Positions 40,436 to 52,355 of a stretch of DNA of 64,000 bases are shown here, in pieces. Under the pieces are notes generated by a model that saw only the letters and a list, made by a program, of their open reading frames with translations, searched no databases and was not told the origin of the DNA. The stretch comes from Hypanus sabinus (Eukaryota): the NCBI RefSeq assembly GCF_030144855.1, contig NC_082731.1:10664001-10728000 (forward strand). The letters run 5' to 3'. The translations under genes and the position numbers were made by a program. Position 1 is the stretch's first letter. Each line of letters starts with the position of its first letter.

Positions 40436-43400
40436 ATAGTTAATATTTATTAAAATTTTCTTAATACATTTAAAACACCTGTTTGGAAAGTTACTGAATC
40501 GACAGCGATAAGCAAACAACTTGATTATAATTATTAACGTAGTATTATTTCCTTTACTCATCATGCGGATTTAATTAGCATTGTGGTTCAGTTTTATCAA
40601 TAGTCAGTGTAGCATTGAAAGAGATACAGTATTTTTTAAAAAACCTATTCGGAGGCATATGAATTTTAGATCGGAATTTTCAGTGGTTAAAAAAGCAGTC
40701 AAATAGCATTTTACTGAAATCTCTTTGTTCACATTCTGACAATAATATGGCACAAGTAAGAAAAAAATAGTATCAGTCGAAACTGCGATAAGCATATAAT
40801 CTGTTGATGAGATCATGTAATTTCCCCGTGATTTTATTGTCTCGAGTGATTCAACGCAACTTCTGCCTTGACGGCCAGTAATATCAGATTTTGGATTCCT
40901 GTGAGGATGAAAGATTGTGATCCTGACTCCCGTTGCTTTGGCGAGAGTATGTGTTCTCTATCGAGTGTTCTGATTGCTACATATCAAGGCCCCGCGCAGT
41001 GTCTCCTCTCATGGATAATTAATTGATGAATCTCAAGGCAGCCTTATTTCCGTTAGAAATGCGGAAAATTTCAAAGACAAATTGGGCTACCAGTGTAAAT
41101 GAGGAACCGAGTAATGCATACATTTACAGCTACACTGTTCTTCCAATGTGAGCAGTCAGGTGCCGACCGAGCTGCGGTAATGCAGTTTTCTGCCCTCAGT
41201 GAATGCCACAGTTCTGGCCACTCCGTGATTGCTGACTGCGATGGAAGATCAACAGTGCAGCTTTTGTTTATGGCTGAGAACATGGTAGGATTCTTTCTAT
41301 TGCTATTCTTTCTGATAGTGTAATTATATGCTTACCAATATACGCATTACTGATCTTGGCAGGTGCGTACCTCGGCCGTAACATTTGCTTGGAAATTCAG
41401 TGATCTCAGTTTTCCATCATGTAAAATCGAGAGCCAAAAGAGATGTTGCATGTTCTCCATCAAACGTTCACGCACTACAAAAGCATGCCTATATCTCGTA
41501 TATTTATTCTAAAGGTTTGTAGAATATAACCTGTATTGTATTTACATTAATATTCAAGGTTGTCTGTAATGAACAACTTCTTCACAATCCTGAGAAGTAT
41601 TTAGTACTCCTGTAGGAAAAAGTAAAGCTGGTTCTACTTTGGAGCACAGCATGTTCATTTGGTTGCAATGCACACAAACTGCTGGCAGAACTCAGTAGGC
41701 CTTGCAACATCTATGGAAAGGAGTGAACAGTCGATAACTAGGACTAAGATCATTTATTAGCACTGGAAAGGAAGGGGAGAAGTTAGAATAAGAGGGTGAG
41801 AGGAGGGGAAGAAGAAGTACAAAATGGCTGGTGCAAGGAGACACCAGGAAGGGTAAGGATTCGAGTAAATATCTGGGAAGATTGGTGAAAGAGATAAAGG
41901 GCTGAAGAAGGGGAAATCTGATAGGAGAGGGCAGAACGCCTTGGAAGAAAGAGAAGGTGGTTGGAACACTAGAGGGAACTGATTGGCAGTAAAGTGTTCA
42001 TTTGTTTGTTTTATTTGAGGTCTTGAATATAAATTATGTGATTGGGCAACATCCATGTATTGCTTTGGAAACGCTTTGGAAATCATTAGGAACTACAGCA
42101 CGCAGCGTATGGAATACCGACTCTCTTGGCAAAATATCAATAAGCATAAACAGAAGTAGTAATCAGTATATTCCTTTTTAGAATTCCAGTCTGAGAGAAT
42201 CGCTTAAATGGAACAGTGCAATTACATCCAAAATCCAATAGATCTCCTTTAAGTTTTGTTATTCCTACAATTTCACTATAATATTAGCACGTGGCCCCCT
42301 CCAACCCGATGCTTCTTTTATAAAGGAAGGTAACTGACTAAACTGCTGGTCACAGGGAATTATAGTTTGCTTAATCTATAGCCTTTTGTCAGTGTAGAGC
42401 CTTGAGTATAAACGTTATTTTGAAAAGCAGACAACAGAGAAGTTATGAAGAGTCAATTCGAAACAACTCCTAAGTTTTCTTTGTCAGTGAATATGGATAG
42501 TAGGGGAAGGCGCCGCTCATAAGGTCAAACTAAACTGATAGTTTTGTTCAAGCACGAAATTGGAATACCAGATTGCAAGGTGCTTTTAATTCTTTCGCAT
42601 TTATGGTAGATTCCAATCTTTCACTGCTGGACAATTATTTCACCCCGTTTATTTTGCATAATTCAGAGGAATAAACATTGCATTTTATTGTTTTGCAGCT
42701 GTTTTGTGAAATTCCAGCCAAAACAAGTCATTGACATAGCAGAAATCAGAATGAAATTGAAAAGATAAACATAAACAAAATAATAAATTCACACTCACAG
42801 TACTAAGGCTATTATAAATGCAGCGGTCTGATGTTATCATCTACACAAGAGATTCTGCAGATACTGGAATCAATGCTGGAGGAGCTCAGCAGGACAGGCA
42901 GCATCTATGGAGCGGCATAACTATTGGCATTACGGGCCGAGACCTACATCAGGACAATCGCCGTTAATCGGATGTCATCATTTGGCTTCGGGTCCTTTAA
43001 AACAAAAGCTGCAGCTGCATTTGTTTCAACATTCTCTACTTCACCTGAAATGATAGAACACGAAGAGAGAATCCAGTGAGCAGCTGAGAGAGGCAAACAG
43101 TCAAACCGACCGAATGGATCGAAAGACAGTAACAAATAAAATGTTTTAATATGTTCCTTGTAAATTTTTAGATTCATTATCAGCTATTCTTTATAAGAAA
43201 AACATTGGTGGATGGGCTCGTTGCGTCTTTACGTTTCCAATCAATATCCCATCCGTCATATGGCAGATGTGAAGCAGCTGGTTCATTTTACTGTTTGCTA
43301 CTTAATCCGACACCTGGTGCCGCGTGGTGTAATGTCTGTGACTGGGCATATTTTTTTAACCAGCCTCAGTGAACTAATACTCCAAAATACACGGTTCACA

Positions 43401-45009
43401 ACCTTACATATTATTTTCATGAACAAGAACCTCCATCTGCGTTAAACACAAAGAATGAATTACTCTTTGGAAAATTCTGAAATTTTGTGTAGTTGGACAT
43501 AAAAGGAGGAATATTGCCAAACAAGGCTGCAAGTAATCAAGACGTGTTATGAAGCACTGGGCTTCATTACACAATAAATAGATGTCGAAAAGTATAACGT
43601 GCGTCCGAAGACGTTCTTTGAATAATAACCACATTTCTAGTCTGCATAATGAAGGACAACCTTTTCTTTGCACTGAAAATACGGTAAAGTTTTAGTAGCT
43701 TCTTCATTGGAAAGAATAATTTGCTGCACGAGCAAAAATTGAAAGGATTGCAATTGCACATATGGAGTTTAGTATCATGTACGCCGATGTTTTGAAGCAA
43801 GTAAAATCGTATTGTGGATGATAAAGATGAACACTGTGAACGTTTTCACGCATGAGTGACCTACAGAAGAAAGAAACACACACAAATGAAGTATATTGAT
43901 ATTAGGGATACTGGCTATAGGGATATTAGCGATACTGTTAATATCCAATTGCAAAATATGAAAACCTTCTACAATATCCACAAAACCGCTAATCCGTGTC
44001 ATCCGCAAACTGACTAAACCGCCCTTCCACTTCTTCATTTGTAAAAACTCCAAAGAGCAGGGATACCAGAACATTTCCCCACGAATTATCACTACTCACG
44101 GAACTCCAGCTGGAATGCGCTCCATTTACTGCCACAGTTCTGTTTCTGCGGGCAGGCCAGTTCCAATTTATGCAGCAACTGTCCCACGACCGCCTCAATC
44201 CTGACAGTCTTATTGAGCCTATTATGGGCAGCCTTGACAAATGCCTTACTTAAATGCATATTGACCACAACTACTGCTCGATCTTCAATGCTTCTTGTTT
44301 TCACGTCCTCTAAAGAGTTAATCACTCTCACGAGGCACTGCCTGAACCACACAAAGGCATTTCGCTACAAGCTCGTAAAAGCTGTCTGTAACAACCCTCT
44401 CTAATAGTTTGCCCAGCACCGATATAAGACTGCATACTTTTAATTCCCAGAGTAATGAATTCCACAAATTTACATGACTTGTTTTATCTGTGTACAGAGT
44501 ATTAGTAGTTAGTTGGTATTGTTGACCCAGCTATCCTCTTTCTCCACTTACTTCGCTCTGAGTAAAGGACATATTCAGACCAACATGCCGTGATTGTCAC
44601 CATGCTAAATATTTTATAGCTCATACATTATTTTCCCCCTTAATTATTCCCCTTAGTTGTCAGATTCCAGTAGGTGTAACTCTTTTATCCCTGGATATCA
44701 GCAACCATCCTTGTTCTCCATATTTGTCCTCACCTCCCCGCCTGGATACACCTTGCCGATTGTTCGCTTTACATTTGTTTTCTCCCACCAATCACATACC
44801 TGCCTCTACATTTCAACAAATTCTCTCCCTCCTCACAGTTACCTACTTCTTCCCAGGGCTGTCACCTCGGCTAGGTAAGATTTTCACCTCCAGCCTTTTG
44901 GGTCAACTTTCTGCTCTCCACTTTATAGAGACTACATTCCTTCTTCACTTCAGTTCTGATACAGCGGCTCAGCATCTGAAACTTTCCCCTCACAATCTTG
45001 CATGACCCG

Positions 45010-45805
45010 TCGAAAGCCTCAAGTAGTATGTTTCTGTGCCCGATTGCCAGCTTCTGCAGTTTCTTCTGACCCATTTCTGTGTCTGTGTGCCTTGGTGTTC
45101 ACCTGACGGTGAATCTCACCTGGTCCCTCAACACCAGCTCCACAGCAAAGAAAGCCCAGCAGCGTCTCTATGTTTTGCGAAGGCTGAGCAAAGTCCATCT
45201 CCCAACCCCCATCCTCATCACATTCTACAGGGGTTGTACTGACAGTATCTGGAGCAGCCACATCACTGCCTGGTTCGGAAATTGCACCATCTCGGATCAC
45301 AAGACCCTGCAGCGGATAGTGAGGTCAGCTGACAAAATCATCGGGGTCTCTCTTCCTGCCATCATGGTCATTTGCACTACACGCTGCATCCGCAAAGGAA
45401 ACAGCATTATGAAGGACCCCATGCACCCCTCATACAATCTCTTCTCCTGCCATCTGGGAAAAGGCTCCGAAGCATTCGGGCTCTCAGGACCAGACTATGT
45501 AACAGTTTCTTCCCCCAATCTATCAGACTCCTCAATATCCGAAGCCTGGACTGACACCTTGCCCTACTGTCCTGTTTATTATTTATTGTAATGCCTGCAC
45601 TGTTTTTTTGCACTTTTTGCAGTCCAGTGTAGGTCTGTAGTCCAGTGTAGTTTTCTCTGTTTTTTTTTTATTATGTAGTTCAGTCTAGCTTTTTGTACTG
45701 TGTCTTGTAACACCATGGTCCTGAAAAACGTTGTCTCATTTTTACTATGCACTGTACCAGCAGTTATGGTCGAAATGACAATAAAAGTTGAGTTGACTTG
45801 ACTTG
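45010..45805 (+). mobile_element. Rex1/Babar LINE 3' fragment
   Basis: ORF 45079-45591 (LGVHLTVNLTWSLNT...KKAQQRLYVLRRL...LQRIVRSADKIIG); tail AATAAAAGTTGAGTTGACTTGACTTG. Confidence 0.85.
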
Positions 45806-46761
45806 CGTTCTAATTCTCGAAGAGCTCTCATTAATTCTTAGATCAGAAAACCTCGTTCATATCTTATCACCATGGTTCATCCCGGTTTTATCCTGTCACT
45901 GTCAGAAACGTTGTACTTTACAAGATTCTTTGTTTCCTCGCAAGTTCTCAAGAAAGGGTTTCAACCTGAATTGTTAACTGTATTTTGCTTCCAACAGATA
46001 CAGCTTAAACGGCTGAGTATTTCTAGTGATTCTCTTATAATTCTCCGCACTTTTGAAGGTTACGAAATTGTAACTTATTTCCTCTAGATGAAGACGCTGC
46101 AATAAGGTGGGAATGACCTTAAACATATTCCTTGGCCACTGGCACTGAGATTCACATGGAATATTGTCGCCAAGGAAGCTATTACAGCTGTTGGTGAATT
46201 TTTCAAAAGTGAATATGCTTGATTTATATTAGTAGTCTAAGCATTATAGGTTGCATCCTCATTCGAATCAAGAATTATTTTATGATGTGGAAAAAACAAC
46301 TCGAGAGATCAATCGCCTGTGCTCTGTTGCTATGCAACAAATTCACATCCATTTTTACCATCACTATGTTCTTTGTTTGTTATAACTCTGTATATGAACA
46401 GAATTCTATAGAAATTTAATTATAAAATTGACTATCATATTTTATTCATTGGTCAGTTGTCAATCTTGTAAACGTCAACTGTGTTGATTAACATAACTCA
46501 TTGATATTTGCTAAGTACTAATTCAGTAGCCCCACCAGTTAACTTTCTAATTACATTTACTCTTCCTGAAATTGGACGCGCTGATAACCTGCTGGAAAAT
46601 GACTGTTTTCCTGCCAGATTCCTAACCGAGAAATATCGGACCTCTCCCTAATCAATGTGCCACTTCTTTCTTCTCCTCGATCAAGTTTAAGCATAAATGA
46701 ATGTTTTCATCGCTGAGTTCTCGTCTCCTTTACAGCTCCTGGTCTCTCTCTGCGCCTTTCT

Positions 46762-46937
46762 NNNNNNNNNNNNNNNNNNNNNNNNNNNNNNNNNNNNNNN
46801 NNNNNNNNNNNNNNNNNNNNNNNNNNNNNNNNNNNNNNNNNNNNNNNNNNNNNNNNNNNNNNNNNNNNNNNNNNNNNNNNNNNNNNNNNNNNNNNNNNNN
46901 NNNNNNNNNNNNNNNNNNNNNNNNNNNNNNNNNNNNN
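46762..46937. other. Assembly gap (176 N)
   Basis: Run of N in the sequence. Confidence 0.99.
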
Positions 46938-46998
46938 TCTAAGAACCTATGCATTCAGAAAATGAATTAAAATACATCATGTTCTCATTTTCTCCTCT

Positions 46999-47008
46999 TT
47001 TATTTATT
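46999..47008 (-). promoter_or_regulatory. Candidate poly(A) signals of the membrane mRNA
   Basis: Overlapping AATAAATAAA on the minus strand, about 200 nt after TM2. Confidence 0.6.
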
Positions 47009-47214
47009 GTAATTTCTTGTCAAATCTCGCTGGCATTGTCAGTAATTTCTTCCTTTAGTTATAATCTTTGTGCATGGTATTTTAATTCTTTTATGCATGG
47101 TCGTCAAGTTCATAAGATATATTAGGAATGGACGATAAGCGCCAGGGAAGCTTCACCGAAACCCAGCCACACATTGGGAGAAACATGAATTAAGTTTCTG
47201 TTAGACTGATTATT

Positions 47215-47220
47215 TCACAA
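47215..47220 (-). CDS. IgNAR: Probable TM2 exon (cytoplasmic tip, L*), 75-nt intron 47221-47295
   Basis: Minus strand reads ccacatttcaag|TTGTGAAATAA. The first good AG gives TTG TGA; the canonical Ig TM2 string GTG AAA TAA (VK*) sits 2 nt further in, at 47210-47218. Confidence 0.6.
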   Translation of the reverse strand: M

Positions 47221-47295
47221 CTTGAAATGTGGAATTTACGCCAAACATTTTAATGGATTTGCATAGACTATTGGAGAATTGAAACTCGTCTTTAC

Positions 47296-47453
47296 CTTAA
47301 CAGTCGTTGTAAATGCGCTGTACATCATACTCATCATAAAGAGGATCACAAACGTGATGAGCGCTGACGATGAACTAACAACTTCATCCAGGTTTTCGAA
47401 TCTTTCCTCATCGCCTGAATAATCGTCTAAGTCTTCCAGAGTTACACAGATTG
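47296..47453 (-). CDS. IgNAR: Ig heavy-chain transmembrane exon TM1 (not in the supplied ORF track)
   Basis: Acceptor atttcag|CA, donor AAG|gtaaag, 158 nt. Spliced to the C5 internal donor it reads (A)ICVTLEDLDDYSGDEERFENLDEVVSSSSALITFVILFMMSMMYSAFTTTVK: an acidic spacer, then a CART-like TF..LF..S..YS helix ending in VK. Confidence 0.9.
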
Positions 47454-48145
47454 CTGAAATCGATAGATTAGAGTTTTACTGGATTTTATATGTTTTCTTA
47501 GTAGAAAACCAAATGACCCACTTCCCTTGATGCACTTGTTCATCAGACTGTTCTCAACTTCAGGTTTCAATTTAATATTCGTTCAGTGGCATCCTTAACG
47601 TGTACTGACATTAGTTCTGTGTCGTCCTTGTCAATTCTAATTGATAAAACTTTTAAATAACTGATCATGTATCTACTGGATCTGGGTTTTCGATAACATA
47701 AACCCAGACGGTGAAATCCTTTTCTCACGTTCATGAAAATGAGATTTAATGAGGGAGAGCGCTGTTAAGCGCCTTCAGGCGAAGGACAATATTCACCTCC
47801 CATTCCTAACATATACCAAGCAGTTGCCTCCTGATCATATCCCACAGAGCAAAGCAAAGACAGAATTCAGTACATACACGTGACATCCCTTTCGTTTGGC
47901 GTTCTGTGCTTTATGTAGTTGCAGAATGCTTTCAACTTGCGTGTTTTACTCTTCTAAGTGCAAACTTATACTATTCGCTTTTGGCTGCAGCTTTAGTCCA
48001 TGACATTCCAATAATCTGCACCCACAAATTTCTTTCGTCTCATTCCCTAACATCCACTGCTTCTAACACATTTATGTTTTAAAAATATATTTATCTTCTC
48101 TAACTGAGCTCCTGATACTATACAATATTTACCGGAACATGGCCT

Positions 48146-49529
48146 AGTCATGGTCCGGTCAATGAATTCCACATTTGGGTTCACTGTCCGGTTCACACTC
48201 CTTATTCCAGGTTTTCTGGTTTTCCCCAGTTTCTGTTTAGGTAGTTGATTCTCCTTTGGGCTGGCTTCATAAATAGCTTCAGGTTTCAGCCTTTGGCTGT
48301 TGGATTGCTCCTGTCCAAACCCCTTGTCTATATCCCTTCCCTTCACCTTCCTCCTGCAGCCTTGCCTTGCCTTGCCTTGTCTTGCTTCTCCTGAAGCCTT
48401 GCCTTGCATCGCCTAGAGCGTTGCCTTGCCTTTCCTCGGCTGGAGCTTTGCCTTGCCTTGCTTCTCCTGAAGCCTTGCCTTGCCTCGCCTGAAGCCTTGC
48501 CTTGCCTCGCCTGGAGCATTGCCTTGCCTCGGCTGGAGCTTTGCCTTGCCTTGCTTCTCCTGGAGCCTTGCCTCGTCTCGCCTCGCCTCTGCCTGGAGCC
48601 TGTATCTGTGTCTGGAGCCTTGCCTCGTCTTGCCTGTGTCTGGAGCCTCGCCCTGTGTGGAACTGTCTCTTTGTGTCCACTTCACCGCTAGGTAGGTCCG
48701 GCGCTTTGCCGCTACATAGCGTTGGGAATGGCCTGTCCGTGTCCACGTCTTCGCTAGATAGGTCCGGCCGTTTTGCCGCTACCTAATGTTGGGAACTGTC
48801 TCATCATGTTCAGTGTTCTGTGTAATGAGACCCGGCCCTACGTCCCGTATCCAAGGAGGTTGTACCGGCTCGGTGTTCCATGTTCCTGTCTCTCCCTCGA
48901 CCAAGTCAAGGCTTCGGGGTCTCGTCCAGTCCCAGTCATGTCTAAGGTCCTTGTCCTGTCCAAGCTTTTCTGTTCTCATCCTGTCATGTGCCTCGCCCAG
49001 CCCAAGAGTACCTAGCCCAGCCCGGTTTTGGGGTTCCCTCGTCCTGTGCTGGGGTTCCGTTGTCCTGTCCAAGCCACAGCTTTGTGTTTTCTCCTTGTCA
49101 TGTGCCTCGCCCAGCCCAGGAGTACCTTGCTCAGTGCTGGGGTTCCCTCGTCCTGTGCTGGGGTTTCCTTGTCCTGTCCATGAGTCTCACGTCCAGTCCT
49201 GTGGCTCTCCTCGTCCTATAGCCACGTCTTGTCCTCATCTGGTTCTGGAGTCCGAGCCGGAGTCAAGACCCAGGTTTTGGGTTCTTGTCTAGTCTCTGGC
49301 ACGGAGTCCAAGCCCAGGCTCCTAGTTCCCAGTTCCATGTCCTGGTTCCGCTATCCTCGTCAATCCCTAGCCCAGGCCTGGTATCCTTGTCTTGTCTGGA
49401 ACCTGTGTAATGTCCAGCGTCCTTTATTCCCCACTTTCCTTGCTTCCTTCTCACACCTACTCCTGTTCCTGGTAGTTCAGTGTCTGTGTCTTGCTTTTGG
49501 GTCCACTCCCCACGTTCCCCTTTATGACA
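48146..49529. mobile_element. Solo LTR-like element (1.38 kb) in the secretory-TM1 intron
   Basis: Termini AGTCATGG...TATGACA (TGTCA/TGACA type) with a perfect 5-bp TSD GGCCT at 48141-48145 and 49530-49534. Confidence 0.8.
48356..48650. repeat. (GCCTT)n pentamer minisatellite with a roughly 22-24 bp higher-order unit
   Basis: Direct reading; explains the overlapping low-complexity ORFs at 48047-48786. Confidence 0.9.
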
Positions 49530-50874
49530 GGCCTATTCTTTCATTAATCAATATCCCTTCATACGATTACAATGCTGTCATTTGTGTGGCCATCAATCAC
49601 ATGGTCTTCTCTGTTCTGTCAGCTGAGTGGTTATTAACTGTTGTGAGGAGTTCTAAATAGAATACATTGGACCCTATTGAGCAAGACTGTACAATTCTCA
49701 AAATTCAGTTACCATCACACGAGTCAAGATAATAAAAAACTGACTTAAGAGTACCACTTCAGATGTTCATTTGGAATTCATAATGCCGGACATAGCAACA
49801 TTGGATTGAATTTGACTGCAGCTGATGCAACAATTTTTATATAACTACAGGTTACACCCTCCTTGCAGATCAGTTAATTTTGGACACGTGATTGTCCATT
49901 GCAGTCTAAGTCGGCGTTTGCTTAAACTTGAACACTGTTCTCTTGTCGTTCACTTTGTCTGGCGCGGTTACCATTTCAAGCAGGCCCTGAGCAAAGTCAT
50001 GCAGCCAAAGCCCGAAACCAAGTTTAGCAGACGGAAAGCCCGGGGCCGAGAGGAACAGTTGGATAGATGATAGATCTCATTGAAGTGTATTTACTTAGAA
50101 TATCACAGTACCATTCACAGAAAAGTCACGGGAAATATTGAACAACATATTTAAAACACATCATCTAAACATCTGGATTTATGTAGCATATTAATATAAA
50201 TAGACGAGGAAATGTGCAGTCACTGAACTGGCTACAATGTTTGGGCCCTTCAAATGACTGCTGGTTATTGTGCCAAGGAGTCCAAAAAGGGATCCAGCTT
50301 GAGATATTGGGTAGGGCATGACGAGATTGAGAGGGCAAGGACGAGGCTGTGTGAGCTCTCAATTTTAAGATAATTATCTTCACTGAGAGACTTTGGCAGA
50401 TCTATAACTCGTGTATGTCAAGATGCATAGGGAAGGTAAGTCAAATAGCCCGTCTTCTAAAACACGATGACATAGTCTATGTTATATAAAATGTGAAAGA
50501 CTAAAGAGATTTTGGGAGGGCATTTCCATGTTCATGGGTGCTCAGAACTAATAGAAATATAAGCCTTATAGTGGCAATTCAGTAGAGGCAGACTGAGAAA
50601 CAGGTGTTAAATAAGATCATATAATAGCGAACATGAAATCCGCTACAGCCATTTACTAGGACCCGGGGTGGTGGCAGGCGAACGACTTTTAGGATTCGCT
50701 GATGTCGATTGTTTCGGCCTTCTCAATTCTATTGAGCACTGGATGCCGTATAATCAGTGTTAGAGGCCAAATGAAACATGGAGGTCAATAGTACTTACCT
50801 AGCATCAAGTATGTTTCTGCTTGAAATCACCAACCAAGCATCGTGTACTGTATTCGCCAAGAGATGAGAAGGAA

Positions 50875-51720
50875 ATGTGATTTATAAATTTGCCAACGAA
50901 ACTGCTGTCAGCAGAATCTCAGTGTGTGACAAAGAGGCGTACATCAGTGAGATTAATCAGCTGGTTGAATGGTGCCGCAGCAACAACCGTGTTCTCAACA
51001 AGAATAAGAGAAATGAACTTATTGTCGACAGCAGAAAGCAGAAGTCGAAGGAACACACGCCAGTCCTAATCGAGGAGTCGGCAGTGGAAAAGGTGAGCTA
51101 TTTCAAGTTCCAGGAGGTATTCTCTGAAGATCTATCCAGATCCCAATATATGGATGTAAATAGGGGAATAAGCACGTCACTGGTATATTTTATTAAGAGC
51201 TGGAGAAGATTTGGTATATCACCAAAGACCCTACCAAATTTTTGCGCAAGTCTAACATTCAAAACGTCAGCATTCTAACTGGCTAAATCGCCAGCTGGTA
51301 TTTAGGCACCATTGCATGGGAACCGTAAATACTGCAGAGGGTTGTGTGCAGCTATCCATAGGCACGAGACTCCCCAACATTGAGAACATGTCAAAAGGCG
51401 GTGCCTCAAGGGGTTGGCAACAATCATTAAGGGCTCCCACCATCCAGGATGTGCCATCTTCTCATTTCTGCCATCAGAAGTATAGGGTTTTGAAGGGACA
51501 CATTCAACTTTTTAGGAACAGCTTCTGTTCCTTCTTCATCAGATTCTGAACATGCCATGAACCCACTAAAACTACCTCACTAATTTCCCCCTTTTATCAC
51601 TACTTATTTATTTTTAAGCATATTTTTCATATTGTACTTTTAGCATGTTTTATGTATTGCATTGTACTGTTGCTGCAAAACAATAAAATTCGCGACAATG
51701 TCAAAGAAAATTATTCTGAT
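50875..51720 (+). mobile_element. Rex1/Babar LINE 3' fragment
   Basis: YKFANETAV...LVEWCRSNNRVLNKNK fragment plus 3' tail. Confidence 0.78.
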
Positions 51721-52050
51721 CCTGATTTTATTCCGTGCTGTTGTCTAATGTCTATGAACCTTTTGCTTTTAAAGTTCAGATGACAGGTACACATGCACGA
51801 GCGAGCCTATCTGTCAAATCAGATCTCGAATCTAATCTCCACGAACCGCTAGGATCTGAATAACCTTAGTAATTTGCCCTATATCGTTGCCTCTCTCGTC
51901 TCCCTGCCATATTTACGACACGTGAAAAGGAAAGAATGGAACTATACTAATATATTTATGAAGCTAATATAAAAAAAAACTGAAAAATGTTTTACTCTTA
52001 AGAGCAAAAATAAGAGCACACATGTGGAAGCCAAGAAGTTTCATTCTGAA

Positions 52051-52056
52051 TTTATT
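52051..52056 (-). promoter_or_regulatory. Candidate poly(A) signal of the secretory mRNA
   Basis: AATAAA on the minus strand, about 300 nt after the tailpiece stop. Confidence 0.55.
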
Positions 52057-52355
52057 TCAATATAATGTGGCGTACAGAATAAATCTCTATCTGCTATCTA
52101 TTCCGCGACCTAATAGCATCTCTGAAGTACTACATTTTCAGAATCAACGTAAAGTTAAAAATATTCTAATGCTACCGAGAGCACATCAGAATGTTAATGA
52201 ATAAATGAAATTAATGGAATATTTCATTTGCGGTAGGATAATCTGAAGAGTGAATGCTATGCATGGTCTTCAGTAAATCAGCAAATCGGAAACTCAAACA
52301 GCTATGCGGTAAGCAAGAAACACTTCCAAGCTACTCGTCATCAAATCAAGGATGA

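Noticed and set aside
41360-41380. Minus-strand YGRGTHL, resembling a J-segment [FWY]GxGT motif
   Set aside because: No heptamer/nonamer at 12 or 23 spacing, no properly placed donor, and no V or D nearby; expected by chance.
42950-43050. tttcag|GEVENVETNAAAAFVLKDPKP..., faintly like the C2 start FLRDP
   Set aside because: Runs into a Penelope-like repeat and does not resume as an Ig fold on the other side.
43500-43860. Strong acceptor ttctgtag| followed by an exon-sized stretch on the minus strand
   Set aside because: Stops in all frames and no recognisable domain.
46690-46761. Minus-strand ctcagcgATGAAAACATTC next to the gap, a possible leader exon
   Set aside because: Stops after 7 codons (MKTFIYA*), with no hydrophobic signal peptide or donor.
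47257-47264. Perfect octamer ATTTGCAT in the TM1-TM2 intron
   Set aside because: A single 8-mer is expected by chance in 64 kb, and this is not a known Ig enhancer position; it overlaps the YAN codons.
48047-49660. Many overlapping ORFs with ARQGK-type repeats
   Set aside because: Artefacts of the pentamer minisatellite and GC-rich LTR sequence.
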